Shown here: positions 41,030 through 54,560 of the stretch, piece by piece
How positions within the stretch are numbered: position 1 is the first letter of the stretch
Layout of the letters: every line of letters starts with the position of its first letter
Source of the DNA: Sphyrna mokarran
Lineage: Eukaryota
Direction: 5' to 3'
Assembly: GCA_024679065.1 (NCBI GenBank)
Contig: JAGIQG010000022.1
Span: 16,120,001-16,184,000 of the forward strand
Length of the DNA: 64,000 nucleotides
Position numbers and translations under genes: made by a program
Notes under the pieces: generated by a model
Database searches by the model: none
What the model was told of the DNA's origin: nothing
The model's input: only the letters and a program-made list of their open reading frames with translations

Positions 41030-43320
41030 TAAAAAAAAGTTCTGTCAAGTTATTTGAAATCAGTGCATCAATAATTTAGGATTGTTTGTAATGTCCTCCA
41101 CAGTGAAGAATGATGCAAAAAATTTATTTAGCATATCTGTCATTTCTTTGTTATCAATTCACCTGCTTCATTCAGTAGAGGTCCCACATTTACTTTAGCT
41201 GTACACTTCCATTTGTATATCCCTAAAATCTCTGATTGTTTTAATGCAGCATGCAAGTCCTCTCTCAAAGTTAATTTTCTCCCTTCTAATGAGCTTTTTA
41301 GTCTTTTACTGTTGGATCCTAAAAATTTCCCAGTGTTCTCCGATCTACTACTATCCCATGCCACTTTGTACATCCTGCTTTTCAATTTAATATTATCCTT
41401 GAACAAAGAACAGTACAGCACAGGAAACAGGATCTTCAGTCCTCCAAGCTGTGCTGCCATTGGTCCAACTAAACCATTCATTTGTATCCCTCCTTTTCCA
41501 GGCTGCTCATGTGACTATCCAGGTAATTCTTAAATAATGCCAGCATGTCTGCCTCCACCACCCTACTTGGCAGTGCATTCCAGGTCCTCACCACCCTCTG
41601 CATAAAAAAAATGTCCCTTTGATATCAGAGTTATCCCTCGCCCCTCTCATCTTGAGCCTGTGACTCCTTGTGATCGTCACTTCTGACCTGGAAAAGAGCT
41701 TCCCACTATTCACCCTATCTATACCCTTCATAATTTTGTATACCTCTATTAGGTCTCCCCTCATTCTCCATTTTTCCAGGGAGAACAACGCCAGTCTACC
41801 CAATCTCTCCTCATAGATAAGACCCTCCATACCAGGCAACATTCTGATAAACTTTCTCTGCAGTCTCTAAAGGCTCCACATCTTTCTAGTAGTGCGGCGA
41901 CCAGGATTGGATGCAGTAATCCAAATGTGGCTTAACCAGTGTTCTATACAGCTGCAACATCAGACTCTAGCTTTTATACTCTACACCCTGTCCTATAAAG
42001 GCAAGCATACCATATGCCTTCTTCACCACCTTCTCCACCTGTGCTGTCATCTTCAGGGAATTGTGGACTTGCACACCTTGACCCCTCTGTGTTTCTATGC
42101 TTTTGATGACCCTGCCATTTTTTGAATAGTTCCCCCCTATATTAGTTCTTCCAAAATGCATCACCTCACATTTATCTGAATTAAATTCCCTCTGCCATTT
42201 CTCTGCCCAATTTTCCAGCCTATTTATATCCTGCTGTATTGTTCAACAATATTCATAGCTATCCACAAGTCCAGCCATCTTCGTGTCATTCGCAAATTTG
42301 CTGCTAACACCAGTTACACCTTCTTCCAAATCATTTATATGTATCACAAATAGCAGTAGAGCCCTGCGGAATACCACTGGTCACAGACCTCCAGTCGGAA
42401 AAAGACCCTTTGGCTGCTACGCTCTGTCTCCTGTGGCCACGCCAGTTCTCTATCCGTCTAGCCATCTCTCCTTGTATCGCATGATCTTTAACTTCCTTGT
42501 ATGCATGAGCCTTAACCTTCTTAATCAACCTGCCATGAGGGACTTTGTCAAACGCCTTACTGAAATCCATATGGACGACATCCACGGCCCTTCCTTCATC
42601 AACTGTTTTTTTGTCACCTCCTCAAAAAACTCCACCAAACTCCAAAGGCACGACCTCTCCCTTTCAAAGCCATGCTGTCCAACAGTAGCCCACACTTTCC
42701 ACAGATTCCAATGTCCCATGAGCCCATACTCTCTTCTCCCACACTAATCTTTAAGCCATGCATTCATCTCTTTAATTTTACGTACTCTTCCCCAATTTGC
42801 ACGTAGCTCAGGTAAAAATCCAGAGATTATAACCTTAGAGGTACTATTCTTTAAATTAGTGCCTAACTTCTCAAACTGCAAACACAGAACCTCCTTCTTC
42901 ATTCAACCTATTTCATTGGTGCCTACATGGGCCATGACCACTGGATCCTCCTCCTCCAACTGCAAGTTTGTCTCTAGCCCAGAGCAGATGTCTCAAACTT
43001 TGGCAACAGGCAGGCAACACTGCCTTTGAAACTCTTGCTTTTGGCTACAGAGCACAGTGTCAATCCTTCAGACTCTCCTATTCCCAACTACATTTCTCTT
43101 CTCTCCTGCCAGATGACCAGCTCCCTGAACCATGGTGTTATGGTCAGTTTGCTCATCCTTCCTACAGGCCTCGCTCTCATTCACATAAGGAGCAAGGATC
43201 TCGTACTGGTTGGACAAGGACAAAGCCTAAGACTCCTGTAGTGCTATCCTTTGGATCCCTTACCTGCCGTACTCACAATTACACCCTCTTGTCCCTGACC
43301 ACTGGCAGAATTCAACCTAC
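41030..43320 (-). mobile_element. Cluster of nested or adjacent CR1 LINE fragments
   Basis: MDFSKAFDKVPHGRL, MRGDLIEVYK and MHFGRTN motifs in 41400-42680 with a 3' tail near 41400; more degraded CR1-like pieces on both sides. Confidence 0.85.
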
Positions 43321-43613
43321 CTAGGAACGCCATTTGGAAGCTCCCCTCCAAATCACTCACCACACTGACTTGGAAATATATCACTGTTATTTAACTGTCA
43401 CTGGATCAATATCATGGAACACACTAACAGCATTGTGGGTGTATCTACACTATATGAACTGCAGTAGTGCAATGAGACAGCTCAGCACCACCTATTCAAA
43501 AGCAATTAGGAGTGAGCAATGAATGCTGGGTTAGCCAGAGTAGCCTTTATCCTACGAATGAATAAACAAAATTTAAAAGGTCACATCATAATTTGAGTCT
43601 CAAAGTACACAAC

Positions 43614-43736
43614 CTGAATTAGGTGCCGATAACTTTGGGGTTTGGGATGCCATGGGAACACAAGAACGTTAGGCTTCAGGATTATTGGTTCATAAATCAT
43701 TACTTCTTGGTGGTTGGTAATGGGGATAAGCAGGCT
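43614..43736 (-). CDS. NUP210L: NUP210-like exon 5/20
   Basis: SLLIPITNHQEVMIYEPIILKPNVLVFPWHPKPQSYRHLIQ; ttatag / gttgtg; 123 nt. Confidence 0.88.
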
Positions 43737-44021
43737 CTATAACAAGATAAAAATAAATCAAATGAAGTATGTTAAACCTTTAAAGTTTAAAATTTTTATA
43801 TGTGTAAATGCTGACCTTTGCATCAATAATTTCATGTCTCCATGTAGTACATTGCTTTGACAAATTAAATATCATTTTTGAACAGCTGCCAATTTAAAAC
43901 TATCACTAAAAAAAAACTCACAGCAATTTTGTGCTATGTAAGACTGTTCCTTAATTAACCAAAAAGTATCAAAACAACATCAATGCTTAAAAATGTATGT
44001 GAAATATTTTCCCTTAAGTTT

Positions 44022-44330
44022 TCGACTACCAAAACCGTAGAAGGGTCGTCCTTGATGTTTCAGGGTGTACACAATATCCAGGGCAGTAACAGTCTTGCCG
44101 TTGGCATGTTCGGTATAGGTCACCGAGTCCTGACTGATGTCCTCTAAAAAAACCTTCAGGATTCCTCGGGTTTCTTTGTAGATGAAGCCTGAAATGCGCT
44201 TAATGTCCCCATGAGGAGCCAGCCGACGGATAGCAGACTTAGTTATTCCCTGGATATTTTCGCTGAGAACTTTGTGTTGTTTGGCATTGCCCTTCCCAAA
44301 GCCTTTCCTACCTTTACCTCTAATAGACAC
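44022..44330 (-). pseudogene. Histone H4-derived sequence, probably a pseudogene
   Basis: Translates to [37 protein letters not shown]...[12 protein letters not shown], collinear with H4; GTG at the start position, CGA at the stop position, one codon deleted, about 31 differences by manual count; no histone stem-loop downstream. Confidence 0.85.
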
Positions 44331-44679
44331 CCCACCCTGACAGTGAGTTTAATACATGTGCAAATAAAATATAAGTGCAAAGTAATTAGTGATTTTAGCA
44401 TGCTTCGAAAAGCTTCATATTTTCTACAGGCTTGAAGAGTATCAAAAAGACATTAAGATTTGGGTGCCTAATTAGATTCAAAATTGTCTTGCACCATAAT
44501 AAAAATACAGAACAGGACTTAAATTTTCAACCATAAAAATATTAATTTGCCAAGTAATATTTTATCGAATTTTAAACCTGTTAAAAATCTTGGTGTATTT
44601 TGTTACTAGTCAGATTTACACGATCATACAGATGTACAAATTAGAAGCAGTGGTAGTCCACTCGGCCAATCAACAAGAT

Positions 44680-45145
44680 CATGGCCTAGTGGTATTACAG
44701 CTAGACTATTAGTCCAGCAGCTCAGCTAATGTTCTGGGAACCCAGGCTTCAATGCTGCCATGGAAGATGGTGGTATTTGAATCCAATAAAAACATCTGGA
44801 ATTTAGAATTTACTGATGACTGATTGTCGGAAAAACCCATCTGGTTCACTGATGTCTTTCAGGGGAGGAAATCTGTCCTCCTTGTCAGGTCTGGTCTGAA
44901 TGTGATGTGGAGATGCTGGCATTGGACTGGGGTAAAACAGAAAGAAATCTCATAACACCAGCTTGAAGTCCAACAAGTTTGCTACAAATAAATTTGTTGG
45001 ACTCTAAGCTGATGTGGTGAGATTTCTTTCTGAATGTGACTCCAGAGCCACAGCAATATGGTTGACTTGCAACTGCTCTCCGAACAAGGGCAACTAGGGA
45101 TAGGTAATAAATGTTGCCCAGCCAGTGATGCCCTTGTCCCACAAT
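44680..45145 (+). mobile_element. tRNA-derived SINE interrupted by a Penelope-like terminus
   Basis: Head ggcctagtggtatta..ctagactattagtccag; related minus-strand copies at about 8700-9080, 52990-53140 and 62690-62850. Confidence 0.6.
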
Positions 45146-45529
45146 TAAATTTAAAAAAATAATTTTTAAAAATTTAATTGCAACCTCAACTCCACATACT
45201 CACCTACTCCCAATAACTTTCCACCTCTTTGTTCAACAATAATCTATCCAATACTACCTTAAAAATATTCAAAACTGCTTTCACTGCCTTTTTCGAAGTG
45301 AGTTCCAAAGACTCAGAAACAAATTTTCCTTATCTCGACCTTAAGTGGGTGACCGCGTATTTTTGAAGTGATCTATTGTTTTAATTTTCCAACAAAAGTA
45401 AACAATTTTTCCCACATCTACCCTATCATGACCCCTCAAGACCTTATATGTTTCAATCAAGCTGCCTGTTATTCCCCTCCAGCAGATACAAGCCTAGCCT
45501 GTTTTCTGACTTTCTAAACATAATTCGGA

Positions 45530-45690
45530 GGATTCTGTATCTAACCCCGTGTTGTACCTGTCCTGGGAATATTTTATGGGGAGACAGTGTAGAGGGAGCT
45601 TTATTCTGTATCTAACCCCGTGCTGTACCTTTGGAATATTTGCTGGATGTGTTTGATGGGGACAGTATTGAGGGAGCTTTACTCTATCTG
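45530..45690. repeat. About 70-80 bp tandem repeat, two or more copies
   Basis: ttctgtatctaaccccgtg.tgtacct and gagggagcttta each occur twice. Confidence 0.8.
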
Positions 45691-45729
45691 AGAGAAAGTC
45701 AATATCTTTCCCATTGGTCAGAGAACCTA

Positions 45730-46010
45730 AAACTAGAGTGGATAGGATTTAAGGTGAGAGGAGAGAGATACACAAGTGTCCAGAGGGACACTTTTTTCAC
45801 ACACAGTGTGTTGAGTGTCTGGGTCAAGCAGTCAGATGTGGAAGTAGAGGCTGGAACAATTTTGCCTTTTAAAACGTATTTAGACAGTTACATGGTTACG
45901 ATGGGTATCGAAAGGTATTCACCAAACATGGGTAATTGGGGTTAGCTTAAGGATTTTCAAAAAAGGGGTGGCATGGACAAGTTGAGCCAAAGGGCTTGTT
46001 TCCATGATAT
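45730..46010 (+). mobile_element. CR1 LINE 3' fragment
   Basis: FKVRGERY...FFTHSVLSVW...FKTYLDSYM. Confidence 0.75.
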
Positions 46011-46479
46011 AAGTCTCTGTGACCTTTCCTCATGAGATAGCTCACCCATTCCTGGTATTAGTTTAGTAAGCCTTTTCTGATCTGTTTCCAATGCATCTAT
46101 ATTTATAAAATATAATTTTCCCTTCCTTTTGAAGCTTAAGATCATTGATTGGGCATTTGGATGGACAACTGTCTCCTACACTTTCATCAATGACTATTAA
46201 TGTTTGGAAAATAAATCAGCACCACATATTTCCCAAAATATCCATCATTGAAATTATACGTTAAAACCTCATCTGTGCAATATTCCCAAATAGCAAAATC
46301 TGATGTTTTTAAAAGGCTGATTCTTATAATTGCTGCAACATGCAGAATATTAATTTTGTGATTTTCAATTATAAAGCAGAAATAAAATGAAATATTTTTG
46401 GACAAATTTGTTGTGGAGCTGCATAAACATCATGAAAACAGGGGAAATAAAAATCCCGCTTCAGTGAAGCTCATAATAT

Positions 46480-47375
46480 GGACCAAAATGGAGCATGTTT
46501 GAACATGTCCCTGTTTACATCAATGGGGACTAAGTAGAAATGGTTGAGAGCTTCAAGTTTTTAGGTGTCCAGATCACTAATAATATGTCCTAGTCCCTCC
46601 ATGCTGACACTGGGGCAGAGAGATAGAGATTCTGGTGAACTGGTGTGACGACAATAGTCTCTACCTCACTGTCAACAAAACGAAGGAGATTGTCATCGAC
46701 TTCAGGAAGCATAGAGGAGAACATGCCCCTGTCTACATAAATGGGGATGAAGTAGAAATGGTCGAGTGTTTCAAGTGTCCAGATTAACAACAATCTGTCT
46801 TGGTCCCCCCATGCCAACACTGTAGTTAAGAAAGCCCACCAACACCTCTACTTTCTCAGAAGACCAAGGAAATTTAGCATTTCAGCTTCGACTTTCACTA
46901 GCTTTTACAGATGCACCATAGAAAGCATTCTTTCCAGATGTATCACAACTTATAAGGCTCCTGCTCTGCTCAAGAAACTACAAACGTCTGTGAATGAAGC
47001 CCAGTCCATCACGCAAACCAGCCTCCCCATCATTGCCTCTGTCTACACCTCCCATTGCCTTGGAAAAGCAACCAGCATAATTAAGGACCCCAGACATATT
47101 CCCTTCCACCTTCTTCCATAGGGAAAAAGATATAAAAATCTGAGGTCAACTCAAGAACAGCTTCTTCCCTGCTGTCATCAGGTTTTTGAATGGACCTACT
47201 TCTCACTGAATTGATCTTTCTCTGCACCTTAGCTATAATTGTAACACTACATTCTGCACACTCTCGTTTCCTTCTCTTCAAATGGTATGTATTGTCCGTA
47301 TAGCACACAAGAAACAATACTTTTCATCATATACCAATACATAGGAGAATAATAAATCAAATCAAAATCAAATTA
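46480..47375 (+). mobile_element. Rex1/Babar-type LINE 3' fragment with a duplicated 5' piece
   Basis: Same family as 23160-23728; tail aataaatcaaatcaaaatcaaa; segment at about 46500-46600 recurs at about 46720-46810. Confidence 0.8.
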
Positions 47376-47483
47376 CATCATTGGCTTCTGGTGATAGTGT
47401 AGCTTAAAAACTACTTGGTGCAGTTTTCTCAATATGTCACGTAATATTTGGTGTATTTGTTAAATTAAATATTGTATCCATAC

Positions 47484-47624
47484 CTCTTCTACTACTCCAT
47501 ATAGTGTAGCTTTAATTACTTCTTGTCCAGCCTTCAAAACGTCAACATAAAGATAAGTTCCATTGTTAGATCTATTCAGAGTTCTGAAGTATGATTCTGG
47601 AAGGACAGTGGCAATGTTTAAATT
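47484..47624 (-). CDS. NUP210L: NUP210-like exon 4/20
   Basis: NLNIATVLPESYFRTLNRSNNGTYLYVDVLKAGQEVIKATLYGVVEE; ttccag / gtatgg; 141 nt. Confidence 0.9.
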
Positions 47625-48449
47625 CTGGAAGAAAACAAGATTTTGAGCATAAATGATTATTTTCCACTATATTTTCAAAAACGGGGTTGCTCTTGCAAAT
47701 TAGTTTCGCAACAATATCGGGTGGGATTCTCCCAAAGTAATTCTAAGTGTCAAATTTGCATAAAAGTTGGAGTAAATCCTGCTGTTATTTTCAACAGGAG
47801 TTTCAAATTGAATCTGCCACACTCTGTATTGCAAAATGACTAGTATGAATACCATTAAAAAAACCAGTCAGTGGGGCCTATTCCTGCCTCAAAAGCCAGC
47901 ATTGAGTAGGCCACTGGACATATGCCAATCTGTCAGTGCTGAGATCGACACATGCACAGTAGCCCTCTACCATCAGCCTCCTAATCGCTGGCTAGCCCCC
48001 CCATCCCACAGTGCCCCCCACCCTCCCCCACTGATCCTTGGCCTCCTTCCCTGTATCATTGATCTAAATGCACAGTGGTAGTGGGACCATCATTGATGAC
48101 CACCCATAAGCTCCACCCCATATAGACTCTCTGGCCCTACCCACTTGGCACTACCTGATTCCTGATGGGCAGTACCAGAATGCCCCTGATCAGTGGTGCT
48201 TTGCCTTCTGGGCAGAGCCACAGGTACTACCAAGCTGGCAAAGCACTACCTGCATCTGCCCTCTTAGGGAGCCTCCATGGGTTCCCTTCATTCCAGTGGG
48301 GTCTGGCCACCAGCTCTCTGCAGTGAGGAGCTATTATAAACCCCACTGGAGTAAACACTCCAGCTGGGGGGAGGGACAATTTGGAGAGAGACTCTAGAAG
48401 GCCTGGAGACTTCAGTCCCGAATCCCTAATTAGATTAATTAGGCTGATT

Positions 48450-49145
48450 TGAGGATCTTGGGGTCCGGGTCCATAAGACTCTCAAATCGGCCTCCCAGGT
48501 GGAGGATGTGGTTAAGAAAGCTTACGGTGTACTGGCCTTCATTCATCGAGGGATTGAGTTCAGGAGTCAGGAGGTAATGCTGCAGCTTTATAGGACCCTT
48601 GTCAGACCACACTTGGAGTACTGTGCGCAGTTCTGGTCGCCTCACTATAGGAAGGACGTGGAAGCTATTGAAAGGGTGCAGAGGAGATTTACAAGGATGT
48701 TGCCTGGATTGAGAGGCATGCCTTATGAAGACAGGTTGAGGGAGCTGGGACTGTTCTCCCTGGAGAGACGAAGGTTGAGAGGCGACCTGATAGAGGTTTA
48801 CAAGATGTTGAGAGGAATAGATAGGGTGGACTCTCAGAGACTATTTCCCAGGGCTGAAATGGTCGCGACGAGAGGGCACAGATTTAAGGTGCAGGGAAGC
48901 AAGTACAGAGGGGATGCTAGGGGAAAGTTTTTCACTCAGAGGGTGGTGAGTGAATGGAATCGGCTGCCGTCGGTGGTGGTCGAGGCGAACTCGCTGGGGT
49001 CTTTTAAAAGACTTCTGGATGAGTATATGGGATCCAATGGGATTGGGGGTTATAGATAGGTCTATGGCTGGGTAGGTTTTGATGTGTTCGGCACAACTTG
49101 TGGGCCGAAGGGCCTGTTTGTGCTGTAGTGTTCTATGTTCTATGT
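48450..49145 (+). mobile_element. CR1/HER1-type LINE 3' end, recent
   Basis: Intact ORF2 C-terminus (LYRTLVRPHLEYCAQFWSP...RLRGDLIEVYK...FFTQRVV), 3' UTR, TTCTATGTTCTATGT tail. Confidence 0.95.
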
Positions 49146-51363
49146 AACATTACATACGTTTTGCAGCTCCTCGCCAGTGCAGAGCTGATGGCGCTGGAAA
49201 TCCAGTGGCCAAATACAATGGTGTTAAGATTAGAACATATAGTATGTATGACAATGAAGACCCTCACAGCAATAATGCCACTTTCTATGAGCATTTACTC
49301 CAAAATTGTATCAAATCTCTGAAGTTCTCCAGTCTTAGAACTTTCAGAAAGCCTCTGGAGAGAGGGAGAAACAGAAAGACACGATTTTCTCTTGCCAGCT
49401 CTTGACAGCTACTGGGAAACAAAGTAAAAACTGGATTCGTCTTTGAAGTATACTGTCCTTAGCCACATGACATGACCTGTCAATTAACTGCCACTCAGCA
49501 ATCCCAGGGGACATATTAAAATACTGCATCAGTCCAGATAAAAAATAAACATGTCAATTATACAAAGGATACCGGCTAGATATGGTGCCAACAAATTCTA
49601 GGGCCTACTAGAAACATCCAGCAGAAAACATGATTAAAATACGTTTTCTATAGACATAGTATCGTCATAGAAATAACAAAAGTATGTCATTCAGCCCTTA
49701 ACACCTGTTCTACTATCCAATTAAATATGATTATGGCTTTAACAGCACTTGCTTGTCTGTTGGCTATAACCTTTATCTTTGGTGAGACAGAATATCCATA
49801 TTCCTCCCCATTTAGGTTTATTAAACTTGTTAAAAATCTAACTTTGAACTTGTTGAAGGGAAAGAGTGGAATATATAAAGTCATGCATGATGAGAGGATC
49901 TCCTTTGTAACTGGCAGCATGAGATCCAAGTTGTCATCAATGAAACAAATGCCTGCAGTGCGCCAAATGGCGTGCCTTCCATTCACACTGCCACGACATC
50001 TTGCTTCCCCTGGGTGAAATGAAAAGTTTTGGCACAAAGCTCTTCCTCTTCATTATCAGCTGCCTCAGTGATGACTGAGCTGTCTGTGCTGATATGTGTG
50101 CTTTTGGAGACCAGAAAAACCTCATTCGCCTGACGAAGGCACAAATGCCAAAAGCTAGCAAGTTTACTATCAAAGAAATTCGTTGGATTTAAAATTGGTG
50201 TTGTCAGACCTCACACTTAGTGATGACTGCCATAGGTCCAACAGTTCATCTAACTTAACACTCCTGCACCCACTGGCTTTAGTTGGACAGGAAACCCATC
50301 TCCATATTAATTAAGTACTCACCCCTGTAAAAATCTTAGGGGTGATTTTCCCAAGTTGCTGTGCTGCTCTAGCAATGCAACAGGGTGGGAGACATCAGTG
50401 GAGGTCAGTTAGCAGGCTCCTACTATGTGCCATAGTTTCCGCAATGGATTTCTGGTGTCATCAGCTTTGTGCCAGAAATCGCATGGACCTTATATAAATA
50501 TTTAACAACCCCACCCACCCACCAGCCGCGAGTGGTTCACTCCAGGAGGCGTTTACAACAGCTCCCCAAAGACGTGGAGCTAGTGACCCAACTCTACTGG
50601 ATTCAGATCGCCAGTGTGCTCCCACAACCAATAGAAAAATAAAACTATCATTCTAATCTGAATTCATATCAAGATCCAAAAGAGAAAATTATCCATTATC
50701 TTAATTTTTCTACTATAGCAGTTGGTAGCATTCAAATCTTCCAACACATAGGAAAGACAACACCTTTAATATATCCATTCTGTAGAATTATATTTTTCCT
50801 TGAAAAAGGATTGTGTCAGCAATATAGATAGCTACTCTGTGTACTAAATATAAACGGTTTGTTGTCTAAACACTTTGTTATCAACTGTTTTCTGCTTTTT
50901 TTTAAACTATGATATACTGTGCACAATTCCTTTCAAGATAATGGAGGATTAGAACTAAAATAATTGTAATGTTAAAACAGTATGCATGTTTTATTTAATG
51001 GATCTCATTGCGATAACTAAATCTTATGTCTTAAGCAGAATAATCGTAGGTCAAGATTTGCCCTGTAGAGCACTGCGTTCTTGATGTGTGGAGTTTTGTC
51101 ACAATGGGTAGTTGATGTGAATATCATTGCACTTTTTAAGGAAAGACCATTGCACTTTTTAGGGAAAAAGTGGAAAATATATGCAGCAGCAGATGATACA
51201 GTCTATTACATAGGATATGTGGCCATTTGACCCAACCAGTCCATGCCAGCATTGGGGAAGACATTATAAGTTTACAAGTTTTAGATTACTCTGACAAACA
51301 GCTTTCAAAGATGTGGAAGACCAAATGTCCTCTTCAATAGTGTAGCAAAATCTAATAATCTGC

Positions 51364-52110
51364 TGTTACAATCCCTGTAGAAAACTAAAAGTTCTAACAA
51401 GATCCTAAAATACCCTGTGGCCAACTTAAAGGCATTACACAACAAGATTTCAGATTTTAAGACCTTCACTGTGACAAATAGACCAAAAGAAACATTAACT
51501 AAACATTACTTTGCAGGTAACCAGCACAACTACAGAAAGGATAGCTTTTTTATTACTGTATTAACATGACTGATTATCTCCACCTCACAAACATTTTTGC
51601 TTTCCAGGGTGCTCTCTGCAGGATTAATATCTTTAAAGAACATAGTCCACAGACTCTTCAAATGGATTCACAACTCTCCATTTTACCGAGTTGTAATGTC
51701 AACTTACAGTTCTGGGGAATTCCTAAACTGACTCTGGCAATTTCTCCTCCCAGTCTTGAAAGGGCAAATCTTCCAGACTTCAGATTGCCAGAGGATGCAC
51801 CACTTGAACCAGAGACCACTCTACCTCTCGCTATCTGTCTGGTAGCTTGCAGAAGACTTGTAGCCACTTCACCTCTCCTGACCACAGGAAAGCTTTTTAA
51901 CTTTCTGAGAGTCCTCTCTCTACCTGTCCAATGCCCATAGTTAACCCAGCTGCTCTTGGCAGATGTGAATGTTGTGCACCTGGTCCCAGCAAGTTTCAAC
52001 GTCACACAGGCTTGATGTTGAGCACAATTCAAAGCAGATTGGATGACTTTCATCACTTCTCCATTTTATCTTGAATTAGAGAGACAGTCCCAAAACAAAA
52101 TCATCTCACA
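51364..52110. mobile_element. Probable solo LTR
   Basis: TGTTACA...TCACA bounded block of about 750 bp; no clear target-site duplication. Confidence 0.4.
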
Positions 52111-52240
52111 AAACTTGCAAATAAGTAAGTATAATAAGAAAAGCATTGATATCACTCAAAGATTGAGTAGGACTGATTGTTAATATTAGTCAAGACCATA
52201 AAACCCAAAACAACTTTACCTAAAAAACAAAATTGGCCTA

Positions 52241-52462
<222 letters not shown>

Positions 52463-53193
52463 CTATAAAATTTTAAGAATTTGTATTAATAACAAATAGA
52501 ACACTCTTTACCCCACAAGATCAATACTTGAAAATCCAAAGATCTAATCTCTGATTTTTATACATCCTTTATTATTCAAAGTGCACAATTTATGAATCCA
52601 TCAGTTGTTATAAAACGCTTGTACTTATTTAAATTTTCAAAGCTTATTTAATGGTTAATAACTAGGACCGGTCAGGCCATTAAATTATACTGCTCAAAAC
52701 TTCAAGTATTTGTTAAAAAATCGACCTTGCCCATGAGGTTTATCATATGTTAATATTTCTGTTAAAACAGCAAAGAAATAAAAACAATTGTTTGTGTGCT
52801 AATATTTGGAATAATAATTTTAGTTAATGGCATAGTGGAATGAGGTGGAAGTACTGCACAATTTTATATTATCTACAAAAAACATAGTTCAGCAGACCTA
52901 TGGCGCAGGCCAATATGTACCAACAATTCAGAAGATAAGCTGTAATGGATTTTTTTGAAGGGATTCCCTCTTTTTAACTTTTTTTAAATTCCTATGTGGG
53001 ATGTAAACATAGTTGGCTCGGCTAACATTTATTGCCTATCCCTAGTTGTTCTTGGACCAGTGGCTCTCTAGGCCATTTCAGAGGGTTTTTTAAAGAGTCA
53101 ACCACATGGCTGTGGAGCCCAGGTTACTGGTGTTGGAAAGCTTTATCTGTAGCCAAGAAGGCTGCAGAGCAGAAAATCCAATGAAACGGGGTT

Positions 53194-54560
53194 AGAACAT
53201 AGAACATATAGAACATAGAACATTACAGCACAGAACAGGCCCTTCGGCCTTCGATGTTGCGCCGACCAATATAAAAAGCAATGCCCCTCCAAACTAAACC
53301 ATTCCCTTCTCTTCCATATACTTATCAACTAACCTCTTAAACGCCACCAAACTTGGCGCATCTACAACTGCTGCAGGCAGGGCATTCCACTCCCGAACCA
53401 CCCTTTGGGTAAAGAACCTACCTCTGATATCCGTCCTATAACTATCACCCCTTAATTTAAAGCTGTGTCCCCTCGTGCTAGCTTTTTCCATCCTAGGAAA
53501 AAGGCTATCACTGTCCACCCTATCTAAACCTCTAATCATCTTATATGTTTCGATTAGGTCCCCTCTTAGCCGCCTCCTTTCTAACGAAAACAACCTCAAA
53601 TCCCTCAGCCTCTCTTCATAAGACCTGCCCTCCATACCAGGCAACATCCTGGTAAACCTCCTCTGTACCCTCTCCAATGCCTCCACATCTTTCTTATAAT
53701 GTGGGGACCAGAACTGCACACAATACTCCAAGTGCGGCCGCATTAGAGTTTTGTACAGTTGCAACATGACGTTGCGGCTCCGAAATTCAATCCCCCTACC
53801 AATAAAAGCTAAGACTCCATATGCCTTCTTAACAACCTTCTCGACTTGACTGCCTACTTTCAGGGATCTATGCACATACACACCAAGATACCTCTGTTCA
53901 TCAAGATTACTAAGAATCCTACCATTAGCCCTATACTCTACACATTTATTATTTCTGCCATAGTGCATTACCTCACACTTTTCCACATTAAACTCCATTT
54001 GCCACCTCTCGGCCCAGCTCTGCAACTTGTCCAAGTCCCTCTGCAAACTATAACACCCCTCTTCACTATCTACCACTCCACCGACTTTAGTGTCATCTGC
54101 AAATTTACTAATCCATCCTTCAATACCCTCATCCAGATCATTTATAAAAATTACAAACAGCAGGGGCCCCAAAACAGACCCGAGGTACACCACTTGTCAC
54201 CGAACTCCACGATGAATATCTCCCATCAACCACCACCCTCTGTCTTCTATCTGCTAGCCAATTCCTAATCCAATTAGCTAAATCACCCTCTATCCCATAC
54301 ATCTGCATTTTCTGCAGAAGTCTTCCATGGGCCACCTTATCAAACGCCTTACTAAAGTCCATATATACCACATCAACCGCCTTACCCCCATCCACCTCTT
54401 TGGTCACTTTTTCAAAAAACTCAATGAGGTTAGTAAGGCACGACCTACCCTTCACAAAAACCATGCTGACTATCCCCAATCAATTCATTTCTCTCTAAAT
54501 AACTATAAATCCTATCCCTAATAATTCTCTCCAATACTTTGCCCCCAACAGAAGTAAGAC
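53194..54560 (-). mobile_element. CR1/HER1-type LINE, 5'-truncated, recent
   Basis: RT motifs GRSCLTNLIEFFE, YMDFSKAFDKV, GSVLGPLLF, KFADDTK; two long ORFs separated by one frameshift near 54180; 3' UTR ending in GTTCTAT-like repeats. Confidence 0.95.

Noticed and set aside
45530-45690. Repeat-spacer-like pattern (CRISPR-like)
   Set aside because: Ordinary vertebrate tandem repeat; intervening parts are homologous to each other and there is no cas context.
49687-50173. Overlapping 78-116 aa ORFs on both strands
   Set aside because: No motif I can recognise and no splice context; possibly an old transposon remnant.
51566-52056. 124-aa and 132-aa ORFs
   Set aside because: Lie within a probable solo LTR; no recognisable protein family.
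53294-54193. 299-aa ORF as a host gene
   Set aside because: C-terminal part of CR1 LINE ORF2 within a truncated element.
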